Shown: piece by piece, positions 8,978 to 17,988 of the stretch
Position numbering within the stretch: the first letter of the stretch is position 1
How the letters are laid out: the number at the start of each line of letters is the position of its first letter
NCBI GenBank assembly: GCA_022796875.1
Contig: JAAWJJ010000002.1
Span: 21,819 to 85,818 of the forward strand
Source: Eubacterium sp.
Lineage (GTDB): Bacteria; Bacillota; Clostridia; Lachnospirales; Lachnospiraceae
DNA: 64,000 bases
Direction of reading: 5' to 3'
Notes under the pieces: model-generated
Told to the model about the DNA's origin: nothing
The model's input: only the letters and a program-made list of their open reading frames with translations
Databases searched by the model: none
Position numbers and translations under genes: made by a program

Positions 8978-10294
8978 TTACCGGATAATCCTTAAACTTT
9001 TAATCTGTTCTTCCGGTATCTGTACAGGCGTTCCGATCTCCATCGCGCTGATCACCGCTTTTGCCGTATATTCCGACACTTCCAGACGGTCAAACGCCTG
9101 TAAAAGAGATTTCCCTACGGATAACACCGCGTCGTTTTCCAATAAAAACAGTGTATCCGTTTCTTTCATGTTCTTTGCAGCCTTTTCGGGTTTTGCAAAG
9201 TATTCTTCCGTTCTATACAAAACCGTATCCTGCAATATCATATAACTTTCCGGAATCAAACGCGTATTCAGAGCCTGCCCTTTCACGGCAAACGCCATGA
9301 CACAAACCGGCTGCGCCACGATTACCGCATTGATTTCCGGATGTTCCCGATAAATTTCCTGATGAAGCGCCCAATACGCATCCGGAATTTTCCCCTGTTC
9401 CCGGCTCTCCCCGTCAATGCAGACCAGATCTTCTTCCTGTATCATGCCTCTGTCTGCTTTTTTTGCCGTCATAACAAATTTGTTATTGTCAAGCCTTACG
9501 GAAAACGACCCCCATGCCCCGCAGATCAGTTTTTGCCGGTAAGCGCGCCTAATAAAACGGCATAGCTCCTGTCCTGCTTTTTTTTCTTCTTCCGAAAAAA
9601 CGATTTCTTTTTCTTCGCCGCAAACAGATGCTGGAATATTCTCCTCAATCATTTGCCGCCTGTCCTTTTGCGCGATCCCGGACAGTTCTCCCGCCGGAAA
9701 CGTCCCGGCTCTTTTTTGTCTTATACTCAGCGTATTCATTTCGATCTGAGCGCCAAACTCCAGCGCTTCAAATTTTAAAAACGCTTCTTCCATGGACTCC
9801 CCTGCCGCGACCAGCCCGTGATTTTCCAATATGGTAATATCGCAGCCTTTTTCAAATTCCGCGGCAATGATCTCACCCAATTCATCGCTTCCGGTCATCG
9901 CATATTTCGCGGACGTCACTTTCCCGCAGGTGTGGTATAACGCCGGAAAAAGCGTGGTATCCGGCAATTTTCTCACTACGCTGAATGCGATTAAAGCCGG
10001 AGAATGGGCGTGAAGAACCGCTTTTAATTTCCGGTTTGCCTGATAGATTTTCTGATGAAACGGATACTCGCTGGACGGTTTGTGCTTTCCGATCACCGTA
10101 CCGTCTTTTTTTACGCAGACAATGTCTTCTCTCGTCATACTGCCCTTGTCCGTTCCGCCCGGAGTAATCCACATATCGCCATTTTCATCCAAAACGGACA
10201 GATTCCCGCCGGAAGTTGTGGTCATACCGTATTGATAAATCCGTTCCATATAACATACCAGGATATCCGCCGGATGCATCATTTTTTTATTCAT
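8978..10294 (-). CDS. tandem (two-domain) class II aldolase/adducin-family protein
   Basis: 438 aa, twice the usual length. The N-domain has TSGGNLS and HAHSP motifs. The C-domain is homologous but carries VIVAQPV where the metal-binding His motif should be. Confidence 0.7.
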   Translation of the reverse strand: MNKKMMHPADILVCYMERIYQYGMTTTSGGNLSVLDENGDMWITPGGTDKGSMTREDIVCVKKDGTVIGKHKPSSEYPFHQKIYQANRKLKAVLHAHSPALIAFSVVRKLPDTTLFPALYHTCGKVTSAKYAMTGSDELGEIIAAEFEKGCDITILENHGLVAAGESMEEAFLKFEALEFGAQIEMNTLSIRQKRAGTFPAGELSGIAQKDRRQMIEENIPASVCGEEKEIVFSEEEKKAGQELCRFIRRAYRQKLICGAWGSFSVRLDNNKFVMTAKKADRGMIQEEDLVCIDGESREQGKIPDAYWALHQEIYREHPEINAVIVAQPVCVMAFAVKGQALNTRLIPESYMILQDTVLYRTEEYFAKPEKAAKNMKETDTLFLLENDAVLSVGKSLLQAFDRLEVSEYTAKAVISAMEIGTPVQIPEEQIKSLRIIR

Positions 10295-10352
10295 TTTCTC
10301 CCCCTGAAAAAACCCAAAAGTGTTATTCTTATTATACTATCTGGAAAAAATC

Positions 10353-10381
10353 TTGTAAAGTTGTAAAACAAATGGTAGTAT
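10353..10381 (+). promoter_or_regulatory. sigma-A type promoter (extended -10) of the ClC gene
   Basis: TTGTAA - 17 nt - TGgTAGTAT. The predicted start lies about 7-9 nt downstream, at the first nucleotides of the repeat element. Confidence 0.5.
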
Positions 10382-10388
10382 CTTTTTG

Positions 10389-10565
10389 TAACAGTTCTGC
10401 CATCGCCAAAATTATGGACAAATCGTGCTTGCATAAATGAGGCCATAATGCAGGCGATGTACAGAACGCCCCTTAAGCCTCAGACATAAAGCTGCGTTTA
10501 GCATCGGATAGCCTGCTTTGCAGGCGGTCTGTGGCTTGTCTAAAGGGGCGTGGGGCAAACTGTTA
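10389..10565 (+). repeat. structured repeat element copy A (about 175 nt, terminal inverted repeats AACAGTT...AACTGTT); forms the 5' leader of the ClC gene
   Basis: Aligns along its full length with 35798-35969. Nested helices: 10390-10401/10554-10564, 10402-10407/10453-10458, 10467-10474/10543-10550, 10475-10479/10533-10537, plus hairpins 10491-10502 and 10511-10525. Confidence 0.75.
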
Positions 10566-10585
10566 CATTCCAAGAGGGAAAGAGA

Positions 10586-11857
10586 ATGAAAGATATAATA
10601 AATACATATGTGATAAAAACGATAAAAAGAATTTTCAGACAATTAGGACTTTTACTAAAATGGCTTGTTTTTGCCATCCTGGCCGGAATTGTAATCGGGT
10701 TGGTTGCTACCTTTTTTTCTTACTGCATCCAACAGGCGACAAGCCTGCGCGCAGAACACGGCTGGATTGTTTTTTTACTGCCGCTCGGCGGCCTCTTTAT
10801 TGTATTCAGCTACAAACTGTTAAAAGATGAACGCGACAAAGGGACAAACCTTGTTCTTTCTGCGATCCAGACACAGGAATCGATTCCTTTGAAAATGGCG
10901 CCGTTGATTTTTGTTTCCACGGTCGTCACCCATTTATTCGGCGGCTCTTCCGGCCGGGAAGGTGCCGCTCTGCAGCTTGGCGGCAGTATCGGCCATTTTC
11001 TCGGTAAACTGTTCCGCTTTGACGAAAAAGACAAAAACATTATGGTTATGTGCGGTATGAGCGCCGCATTTTCCGCGTTATTCGGCACTCCGCTTGCCGC
11101 CGCGGTTTTTTCCATGGAAGTCGTCAGCGTTGGCATTATGTATTATGCCGCCCTGGTTCCGTGCGCGGTATCGGCGCTGACTGCACATTCCCTGGCCAAC
11201 CTGTTCGGCATCCACGGAGAATCGTATACGATTCTTTCCATTCCGGCATTTTCTCCGGAAAACGCGGTAAAAATCGGACTGCTGGCCGTATTCTGCGCCG
11301 GAATCAGCATCGTATTCTGTATTTATTTGCATCAGTCGGAAGCCGTTTACCAGAAACTGTTTCCAAATCAATACCTGCGTATCCTCGTTGGCGGCGGTAT
11401 TCTGATTCTGCTTACTGTACTCGTCGGCTCACAGGATTACAACGGTTCCGGAATGGAAGTCATTGAGCGGGCAATCCACGGGGAAACGCTGCCCTTTGCC
11501 TTTTTATTAAAAATGATATTTACTGCGGTCACGCTTGGCGCCGGATACAAAGGCGGGGAGATCGTCCCGACCTTTTTTATCGGCGGTACGTTCGGCTGCC
11601 TGTTCGGTTCCATTGCCGGACTGTCGCCGTCGTTATGCGCCGCAGTCGGTATGGGCGCCGTATTTTGCGGCGTTACCAATTCCCCGATTACGTCGATCCT
11701 GATCTGTTTTGAACTGTTTGGAACCGGAGCGCTGCCGTATTACCTGATCGCGATTGCCATCAGCTATATGTTAAGCGGGTATTTCGGACTGTATCACAGC
11801 CAGAAGATTATTTACTCGAAATACAAAACGGAATATATTAACCGCAAAACAAACTAA
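10586..11857 (+). CDS. voltage-gated chloride channel (ClC) family protein, possibly CLC-F type fluoride/proton antiporter
   Basis: Has GSSGREGAALQLGG (GREG gating motif). GTNLV replaces the canonical GSGIP, and GGEIVPTFF resembles the CLC-F signatures. ATG 10586 follows GAGGG. The track ORF start at 10550 lies inside the repeat element. Confidence 0.85.
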   Translation: MKDIINTYVIKTIKRIFRQLGLLLKWLVFAILAGIVIGLVATFFSYCIQQATSLRAEHGWIVFLLPLGGLFIVFSYKLLKDERDKGTNLVLSAIQTQESIPLKMAPLIFVSTVVTHLFGGSSGREGAALQLGGSIGHFLGKLFRFDEKDKNIMVMCGMSAAFSALFGTPLAAAVFSMEVVSVGIMYYAALVPCAVSALTAHSLANLFGIHGESYTILSIPAFSPENAVKIGLLAVFCAGISIVFCIYLHQSEAVYQKLFPNQYLRILVGGGILILLTVLVGSQDYNGSGMEVIERAIHGETLPFAFLLKMIFTAVTLGAGYKGGEIVPTFFIGGTFGCLFGSIAGLSPSLCAAVGMGAVFCGVTNSPITSILICFELFGTGALPYYLIAIAISYMLSGYFGLYHSQKIIYSKYKTEYINRKTN

Positions 11858-11861
11858 CCGT

Positions 11862-13595
11862 TTACTGGAACTGCATCTGATACAGATTTGCATAAATCCC
11901 TCCCGCCTGCAGCAGCGTTTCGTGCGTCCCCTCTTCCGCTATGCCCTCGTCGCTTAAAACGAGAATCCGTTCGGCATTGCGGATCGTGGACAAGCGATGC
12001 GCGATCACGAGCGTCGTACGGTTTTTCGCCAGATGCTCCAGAGATTCCTGTACGACTTTTTCGCTTTCATTATCCAGCGCGGACGTCGCTTCGTCAAAAA
12101 TCAGTATCGGCGGATTTTTCAAAAATACCCTCGCCAGAGATAATCTTTGCTTCTGGCCGCCGGAAAGTTTGATGCCGCGCTGTCCGATATCGGTTTCGTA
12201 TCCCTCCGGCAGGCTCATGATAAAATCATGAGCGTTAGCGTTTCTGGCCGCTTCATACACTTCTTCCCTGCCGGCTCCCGGTTTTCCATAACTGATATTT
12301 TCGTAGATCGTCCCGGCAAAAAGATACACTTCCTGCTGTACGATCCCGATCTGGCTCCGCAGGCTGCGCAGCGTCAGGCCTTTGATATCCTGTCCGTCAA
12401 TACACACCATCCCTTCCGTCGTTTCATAAAAACGCGGAATCAGGCTGCACAATGTCGTTTTTCCGGCTCCGGAAGAACCGACCAGCGCTATGTATTCTCC
12501 AGAGTCAACATGCAGATCAATGTGATTTAACACCTTTTCCGCTTTCTCCCCGTACTGGAAAGACACCCCGTGAAAATCGATCTCCCCTTTTACTTTTGTC
12601 AGTTCTTTTGCTCCCGGGGTATCCTGAATATCCGGCTGTACGCTTAAGATTTCCAAAAACCGCTCAAACCCGGTAAATCCGTTCTGGAACTGTTCCGTAA
12701 AATCAATCAACGTTTTCACCGGATCCGTAAATACGTTAATATAAAGAATAAAGGTAATCAGATCGGTCACGGTCACGATATCTTTCGTAATAAAAAACGC
12801 GCCGAAAACCAGCACTACGATCGTGATCAGCGTGGTAAACGCCGTAAGCCCGGAATGGAACCCTGCCATATAATGATAGCTGTTTTTCTTGGAAGACAGG
12901 AAATTATCGTTACCGACTTTAAATTTCTTCATTTCCACTTCTTCATTTGCAAATGACTTTACGACGCGGATTCCAGATAAATTATCTTCGATCTGTCCGT
13001 TAATATCCGCAATGCGGGCGCGGTTTTTTGCAAAGGCGCGTTTCATCTTTCTGCTGTAGTACAAAGCATAAAAAAACATCACCGGTACGAACAGAAACGA
13101 AATCAGGGCCAGCTTCGGACTGATCGTAATCAATATCACAAACGCGCCGGCCAGCTTTATCACGGAGATTACGAGATTTTCCGGTCCGTGGTGCAAAAGC
13201 TCTGTGATATCAAACAAATCCGACGTAATTCTTGACATCAGCTGCCCAACTTTCTGATCGTCATAAAACGAAAAAGACAGCTTCTGATAATGGGCAAATA
13301 TCTCCGACCTCATATCATATTCCATTTTTGCCCCCATGACATGTCCATAATTGGAAATAAAAAAGTTACAATAACACTGTACTGCAACCAGCGCCAGCAT
13401 AAAAATCCCCAGCCGGACAATATTTTTAACGACCAGATCGGCATCCAGATAGATGACCGTCGACGTAATATAACGGACGATCAACGGAATCACCAATGTC
13501 ACCGCTGCCGCCAGTATCGCAAAAATCATATCCGCCCAGAACAGTTTCCGGTAGGGTTTATAATAAGATAACAGTTTCTTCAATTTGTGATTCAT
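11862..13595 (-). CDS. ABC transporter, fused permease/ATP-binding exporter (MsbA-like)
   Basis: Six-TM domain plus Walker A GSSGAGKTT, signature LSGGQKQR and Walker B ILIFDEATS. Start set at the ATG forming an ATGA overlap with the upstream PAP2 stop. Confidence 0.9.
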   Translation of the reverse strand: MNHKLKKLLSYYKPYRKLFWADMIFAILAAAVTLVIPLIVRYITSTVIYLDADLVVKNIVRLGIFMLALVAVQCYCNFFISNYGHVMGAKMEYDMRSEIFAHYQKLSFSFYDDQKVGQLMSRITSDLFDITELLHHGPENLVISVIKLAGAFVILITISPKLALISFLFVPVMFFYALYYSRKMKRAFAKNRARIADINGQIEDNLSGIRVVKSFANEEVEMKKFKVGNDNFLSSKKNSYHYMAGFHSGLTAFTTLITIVVLVFGAFFITKDIVTVTDLITFILYINVFTDPVKTLIDFTEQFQNGFTGFERFLEILSVQPDIQDTPGAKELTKVKGEIDFHGVSFQYGEKAEKVLNHIDLHVDSGEYIALVGSSGAGKTTLCSLIPRFYETTEGMVCIDGQDIKGLTLRSLRSQIGIVQQEVYLFAGTIYENISYGKPGAGREEVYEAARNANAHDFIMSLPEGYETDIGQRGIKLSGGQKQRLSLARVFLKNPPILIFDEATSALDNESEKVVQESLEHLAKNRTTLVIAHRLSTIRNAERILVLSDEGIAEEGTHETLLQAGGIYANLYQMQFQ

Positions 13596-14137
13596 TTCTT
13601 TCTCCTTTTTTTCATCATAGCACGCATTTTTTCTATTCTCCGCCATACTCTAAAAACAAGCAGGCTGCCAAAAATTCCGATGAGCGCTCCGCAAAGAACG
13701 TCCGTCGGATAATGAATACCAACATACAGCCGTGAAAATGAAATCAGCGCCGCCAATATGATCGCTGCGATCCCGGCTTTTCTTGGCAGCACTCTGTGGT
13801 AGGAACAGGCCGCCGCAAAAGAACTGCATGCGTGCCCGGACGGAAATGAAAAATCACGTGCCCTGGCTGCCAGAAGTTCCAGTCCCTCTACCGTTTCATA
13901 GGGCCGCGGCCGCGCCACCGCGTTTTTTAAAATCAGATTATTGATTAAAAAACAAAAAGCAATCGAAAAAAAAGAAATCCATCCCGCTTTCCTTGTTTTT
14001 TGAAACAGCAGCAAAACCATCGATATGGCGATCCATATAAACCCGGAATCTCCGAGTCTTGTAATCGTCATCATCACCGGCGTTAAAAAATCGCTACGCA
14101 TCCATTCCTGAATAAAAATCAAAATCTGTCCGTCCAT
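13592..14137 (-). CDS. PAP2-family phosphatase (undecaprenyl-diphosphatase-like)
   Basis: Membrane protein with the RPRP...PSGH...SRLYVGIHYPTDV acid-phosphatase motifs. Confidence 0.8.
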   Translation of the reverse strand: MDGQILIFIQEWMRSDFLTPVMMTITRLGDSGFIWIAISMVLLLFQKTRKAGWISFFSIAFCFLINNLILKNAVARPRPYETVEGLELLAARARDFSFPSGHACSSFAAACSYHRVLPRKAGIAAIILAALISFSRLYVGIHYPTDVLCGALIGIFGSLLVFRVWRRIEKMRAMMKKRRKK

Positions 14138-14281
14138 TTTTTTCTCCCTGCCTTTAAAATACTATTATCGTTGAACCGCTCCTTTTTTGCAACTAAAAAT
14201 TGTTCTCTCTTTTCATTTTTCCCAGAAAGTAGTATACTATGTTTCAAAGATTTCCATTCATAAAATAAGGGGGAATAAACT

Positions 14282-14920
14282 ATGACACCGATACAGATTG
14301 ATTATGAACACAAAGCACAGACGATCATAAAACAGTTAGAAAAACGCCGTATGGAGGGTTATTATTTCGCGGGTTCCGCGGAAGCCGTCAAATTTGCCAA
14401 TTCGCTGGTAAAAGACGGCGCTTCCGTTTCTTTTGGAGGTTCCGCTACTTTAAACGAAACCGGAATGACCGATTCCCTGCGCGCCCGTAAAACGCTTACA
14501 ATATACGACCGCAGCGCTGCTGCTTCCAAAGAAGAGATTTCTGCCGTCTATCATAATGCGCTTTCCTGCGATACTTATTTTATGAGCACAAACGCAATCA
14601 CCCTGGACGGACAGCTAGTCAATGTTGACGGTACCGGAAACCGTGTCGCCGCACTGATCTACGGGCCGAAACAGGTCGTTATCCTGGCCGGTATGAACAA
14701 AGTCGTACGTACAACAGAAGACGGGATTTCCCGCGTACATAATATCGCTTCCCCGCCAAACTGCATCCGTCTGGGCCGCAATACGCCCTGCGCCGCTACC
14801 GGAATGTGCGCGGACTGTCTGGGCGAAGACTGTATCTGCAGCCAGACAGTCATCACCCGCCGCAGCGGGGAACGCGGCAGGATAAAAGTGATCTTAATCG
14901 GAGAAGAACTGGGGTTTTAA
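14282..14920 (+). CDS. LUD-domain (lactate utilization protein C-like) protein
   Basis: 212 aa with YkgG/LutC-like sequence (FGGSATL..., NAITLDGQLVNVDGTGNRV) and a Cys-rich C-terminus. Confidence 0.65.
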   Translation: MTPIQIDYEHKAQTIIKQLEKRRMEGYYFAGSAEAVKFANSLVKDGASVSFGGSATLNETGMTDSLRARKTLTIYDRSAAASKEEISAVYHNALSCDTYFMSTNAITLDGQLVNVDGTGNRVAALIYGPKQVVILAGMNKVVRTTEDGISRVHNIASPPNCIRLGRNTPCAATGMCADCLGEDCICSQTVITRRSGERGRIKVILIGEELGF

Positions 14921-14937
14921 AAACCCCGGTTTTTTCT
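14911..14937 (+). terminator. rho-independent terminator
   Basis: GGGGTTT/AAACCCC stem overlapping the stop codon, followed by a T-run. Confidence 0.6.
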
Positions 14938-14961
14938 TTTTCCTTGTTGTTCCATAAATTT

Positions 14962-16011
14962 TTACTGCAGCCTGTGGATCAGCATACAATTCGGTTTATC
15001 TACCTTTATCGGTTTTCCATGCTGTAAAAAGTATTTCTTTTCATAATTCACTTTGAAAGGAACGATTTCACATTCATCGGAATTCACGCACAGAAAATGC
15101 CCGCCATCCGGCATGACGATAATCATTTTCGGATAAGCCCCACAGATTTCAGAGTGGCAGTTCACCGTTAATTCCCCGTTTTCCGGATTAATATCATAAA
15201 TCACCATCGAATTCGAACCTGCATTGCTGCAAAACAGATGCGCGCCGTCTTCCGACAACGCAATATTCGTAGCTACGTTTCTTTCGACGTCCTCATCATA
15301 TACGGTAGATACGGTTTGCAGCAGCTGAAACTGGCCGCTTTCATTCTCGTATCGGTACACGTTTATACAGCTTTTCTTTTCACACATCAGGTAGGCATAA
15401 CCACCGTCTTTACTGAACAGGATCATCTTCGGTACTGCCTCTAACTGGCAGCGCAGGATATCCGCTAATTTCAGTTTCCCCGTCCTGTAATTGATTTCAT
15501 ATATTTTCACATGATTTAATCCGCCGTCTACCGCGCAGAGATATTTCTGATCCGGAGTCACCTGGACGCAGGTGACATGCGGCTGAAAACTTCTGTCGGT
15601 AATACCGATTCCTACTCTTTTATGGAAAATGCCGTCTGCAATTTCACCGATGCTGCCGTCTTTATTCAGGCGTACCATCGACACCCGTCCGTCATGGTAT
15701 CCCCCGACAAACAGATAGCGGCTTTTTTTATCCGTAGTCAGAAAACTGCCCCGCATCCCGCCAGTCGGCCCGTCGTTGACAAATTCCAGGTCACCGTCCG
15801 GCAAAATCCGGTATGCCGCCACTCCTTCGTCTTCTATTGAGTATAATAATTTTCCGTTGTAGGAAATCATCATGTTGGAAGGGTTATGGATCGTCACCTC
15901 TTTTCTTTCTTCCATCCTGCCAAAATTCACATCCAGATCATAAATATGAATCCCTTTACTGCTTTCTGTCGTATAAGTCCCAACATACGCTACATACTTT
16001 TCTCTTTTCAT
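14962..16011 (-). CDS. 7-bladed beta-propeller lactonase family protein (6-phosphogluconolactonase-like)
   Basis: 349 aa. N-terminus YVGTYTTESSKGIHIY and repeated blade pattern are typical of the family. Confidence 0.7.
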   Translation of the reverse strand: MKREKYVAYVGTYTTESSKGIHIYDLDVNFGRMEERKEVTIHNPSNMMISYNGKLLYSIEDEGVAAYRILPDGDLEFVNDGPTGGMRGSFLTTDKKSRYLFVGGYHDGRVSMVRLNKDGSIGEIADGIFHKRVGIGITDRSFQPHVTCVQVTPDQKYLCAVDGGLNHVKIYEINYRTGKLKLADILRCQLEAVPKMILFSKDGGYAYLMCEKKSCINVYRYENESGQFQLLQTVSTVYDEDVERNVATNIALSEDGAHLFCSNAGSNSMVIYDINPENGELTVNCHSEICGAYPKMIIVMPDGGHFLCVNSDECEIVPFKVNYEKKYFLQHGKPIKVDKPNCMLIHRLQ

Positions 16012-17234
16012 ATTTCCTGCCTCCGTAATATATCATACTCGTTCAGTTCCATCCCAAGATCAACCCAAAGCTGCTGTTTTGCGTGCGGCGCCGCGTCCAT
16101 ATCATTTCCGTCTTCATCCACAATCCGCTTCACTTTCACACAATAATCGGAACCGTCCGGCTTCATGACCTCTATCGTTTCCCCTGTACAAAATTTATTT
16201 CTCTGTTCAATATGATATAACCCTTTTTTATTTTTCTTTCCGATAATACCCAGATATGTATATTCTTTGACATACGTGCTGTTATCATAAATCTGCGCCT
16301 GCCCGTCTGCTTTCCCGAAAAAAAATCCTGTCGTAAACTGCCGGTAAGTACAATGGGCGATTTCCGTAAGATACCAGTCCTTGTGTTTTTCATAGACTTC
16401 CCTGCCCTTAAAATAATCGTCGATCGCTTTACGGTAAGTCCTGGCCACGGTTGCCACATACAACGCCGTTTTCATCCGTCCCTCAATCTTAAAGCTGTCG
16501 ATGCCTGCTCCCGCAAGTTCCGGAATATATCCGACCATACACAGATCTTTGGAATTAAAAAGAAACGTTCCTCTTTCATTTTCATAGATCGGCAGGTATT
16601 CTCCCGGCCTTGACTCCTCTACTACCGCATATTTCCAGCGGCACGGATGCGTACAGGCTCCCTGGTTGGCGTCGCGCCCCGTAAAATAATTGCTTAACAG
16701 GCACCTGCCGGAATAAGAAATACACATTGCACCGTGTACAAACGTTTCGATCTCCAGGTCGTCCGGGATATTTGCCCGGATTTCCCGGATTTCCTCTAGG
16801 GAAAGTTCCCTTGCCGATACGACGCGCTTCGCCCCCTGCTTCTTCCAGAACAAATATGTTTCGTAATTGGTATTATTGGCCTGCGTGCTGATATGGATCT
16901 CTGTTTCCGGGCAAATTTCCCTGGCCATTGCGAATACTCCGGCATCCGAAATAATCAGGGCGTCCGGCGCCATCTCCTTTAATTCCGAAAGATAGGTTCT
17001 GATTCCGTCCAGATCGTTGTTGTGGGCGACAATATTGACCGTGACATATACTTTTTTATGGTTCGCATGGGCAAATGCAATTCCTTCCGCCATTTCCGAA
17101 CGTGAAAAATTCTTTGCCTTTGCCCGCAGTCCATACGCATCTCCTCCGATATACACGGCGTCCGCACCGTAAATTACCGCAATTTTTAACACTTCCAGGC
17201 TGCTGGCCGGAACCAGCAGTTCAGGCATTTTCAT
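16008..17234 (-). CDS. peptidase U32 family protein (TrhP-like tRNA/rRNA hydroxylation factor)
   Basis: MKMPELLVPASSLEVLKIAVIYGADAVYIGG is a typical U32 N-terminus. Start chosen at the ATG preceded by AGGAAGGA. The track ORF extends to 17279 into a duplicated segment. Confidence 0.85.
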   Translation of the reverse strand: MKMPELLVPASSLEVLKIAVIYGADAVYIGGDAYGLRAKAKNFSRSEMAEGIAFAHANHKKVYVTVNIVAHNNDLDGIRTYLSELKEMAPDALIISDAGVFAMAREICPETEIHISTQANNTNYETYLFWKKQGAKRVVSARELSLEEIREIRANIPDDLEIETFVHGAMCISYSGRCLLSNYFTGRDANQGACTHPCRWKYAVVEESRPGEYLPIYENERGTFLFNSKDLCMVGYIPELAGAGIDSFKIEGRMKTALYVATVARTYRKAIDDYFKGREVYEKHKDWYLTEIAHCTYRQFTTGFFFGKADGQAQIYDNSTYVKEYTYLGIIGKKNKKGLYHIEQRNKFCTGETIEVMKPDGSDYCVKVKRIVDEDGNDMDAAPHAKQQLWVDLGMELNEYDILRRQEI

Positions 17235-17297
17235 TTCCGGATCCTTCCTTTCTGCAATAGAACTTAAGCTTTCTGCCATAGAACTTCTCTTTCCGTT

Positions 17298-17362
17298 AAT
17301 CTGCTTCTCTCTGTCATACAGCTTCTTTCTGTCAATCTGCTTCCCTCTCTGCCATACAGCTT
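17298..17362. repeat. tandem duplication with about 36-bp period spanning the stop codon of the O-methyltransferase gene
   Basis: AATCTGCTTCTCTCTGTCATACAGCTT (17298-17324) and AATCTGCTTCCCTCTCTGCCATACAGCTT (17334-17362). Confidence 0.7.
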
Positions 17363-17988
17363 ACTGCAACGCCGTCGCCCACCGGCAAAACGGCCGTTAC
17401 AAGGCGTTCATGATGGGTGAGCTCATACAAATATTCCCGCATCCTCTTATAAATCGTACGGTTCCGCCGGATCACCGCAAAATGGGATTGTATAATATCC
17501 CCCTCCTGCAGCACATTATCTGAAACCAGTATTCCTCCCGGATTCAAATGCTGTAGCAGTTCCGGCAAAAAGCAGATATACTGCGCTTTGGCGGCGTCCA
17601 TAAATATAAAATCATAGCATTCCTGCAAAGCAGGCAAAATTTCCATCGCATCCCCTTCCAACAGCCGGATCTGCTCTTCTTTTCCTGCTCTTTCGATATT
17701 TTCTTTCGCTTCCCTGATCCGGGGCGGATAGTTCTCTATGGTCGTAATCTGCGTTTCCACCGGGGAATACTGCGCCATAAACAATGCCGAAAAGCCGACC
17801 GCCGTTCCGACTTCCAAAATGCTCCCTGGTTTCTTTATTGATATCAAAAGTCTGATTAAGGCCTGCGTTTCTTTACGTATGACCGGAACGTCGTCCAGTT
17901 TCGCCTGCTTTTCCAATTCCTCCAAAAAAGGAGGATTTCCGTTGTCCAGCGAATGAATATATTCGGTGATCCGTTCTTCCGTTATCAT
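17332..17988 (-). CDS. class I SAM-dependent O-methyltransferase (YrrM/TrmR-like)
   Basis: 218 aa with VGTAVGFSALFMA SAM-binding motif. Its position between an mltG-like gene and a U32 gene matches B. subtilis yrrL-yrrM-yrrNO. Confidence 0.8.
   Translation of the reverse strand: MITEERITEYIHSLDNGNPPFLEELEKQAKLDDVPVIRKETQALIRLLISIKKPGSILEVGTAVGFSALFMAQYSPVETQITTIENYPPRIREAKENIERAGKEEQIRLLEGDAMEILPALQECYDFIFMDAAKAQYICFLPELLQHLNPGGILVSDNVLQEGDIIQSHFAVIRRNRTIYKRMREYLYELTHHERLVTAVLPVGDGVAVSCMAEREAD

Noticed and set aside
10453-10525. Possible crcB fluoride riboswitch upstream of the CLC-F-like gene. GGCGATG...CGCC followed by a GCTgcgtttAGC hairpin superficially resembles GGCGAUGG..UCGCC..AAAC..GCUGCUUAGC..UAAUGA..CCUAC.
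   Set aside because: The linker after the first stem is CCTTAAGCC rather than A(U/A)AAAC. No 3' pseudoknot strand or CCUAC tail is present. The loop-to-3' pairing seen in copy A (ACAGA/TCTGT) is not preserved in copy B. The same sequence also occurs at 35798-35969 with no transporter downstream.
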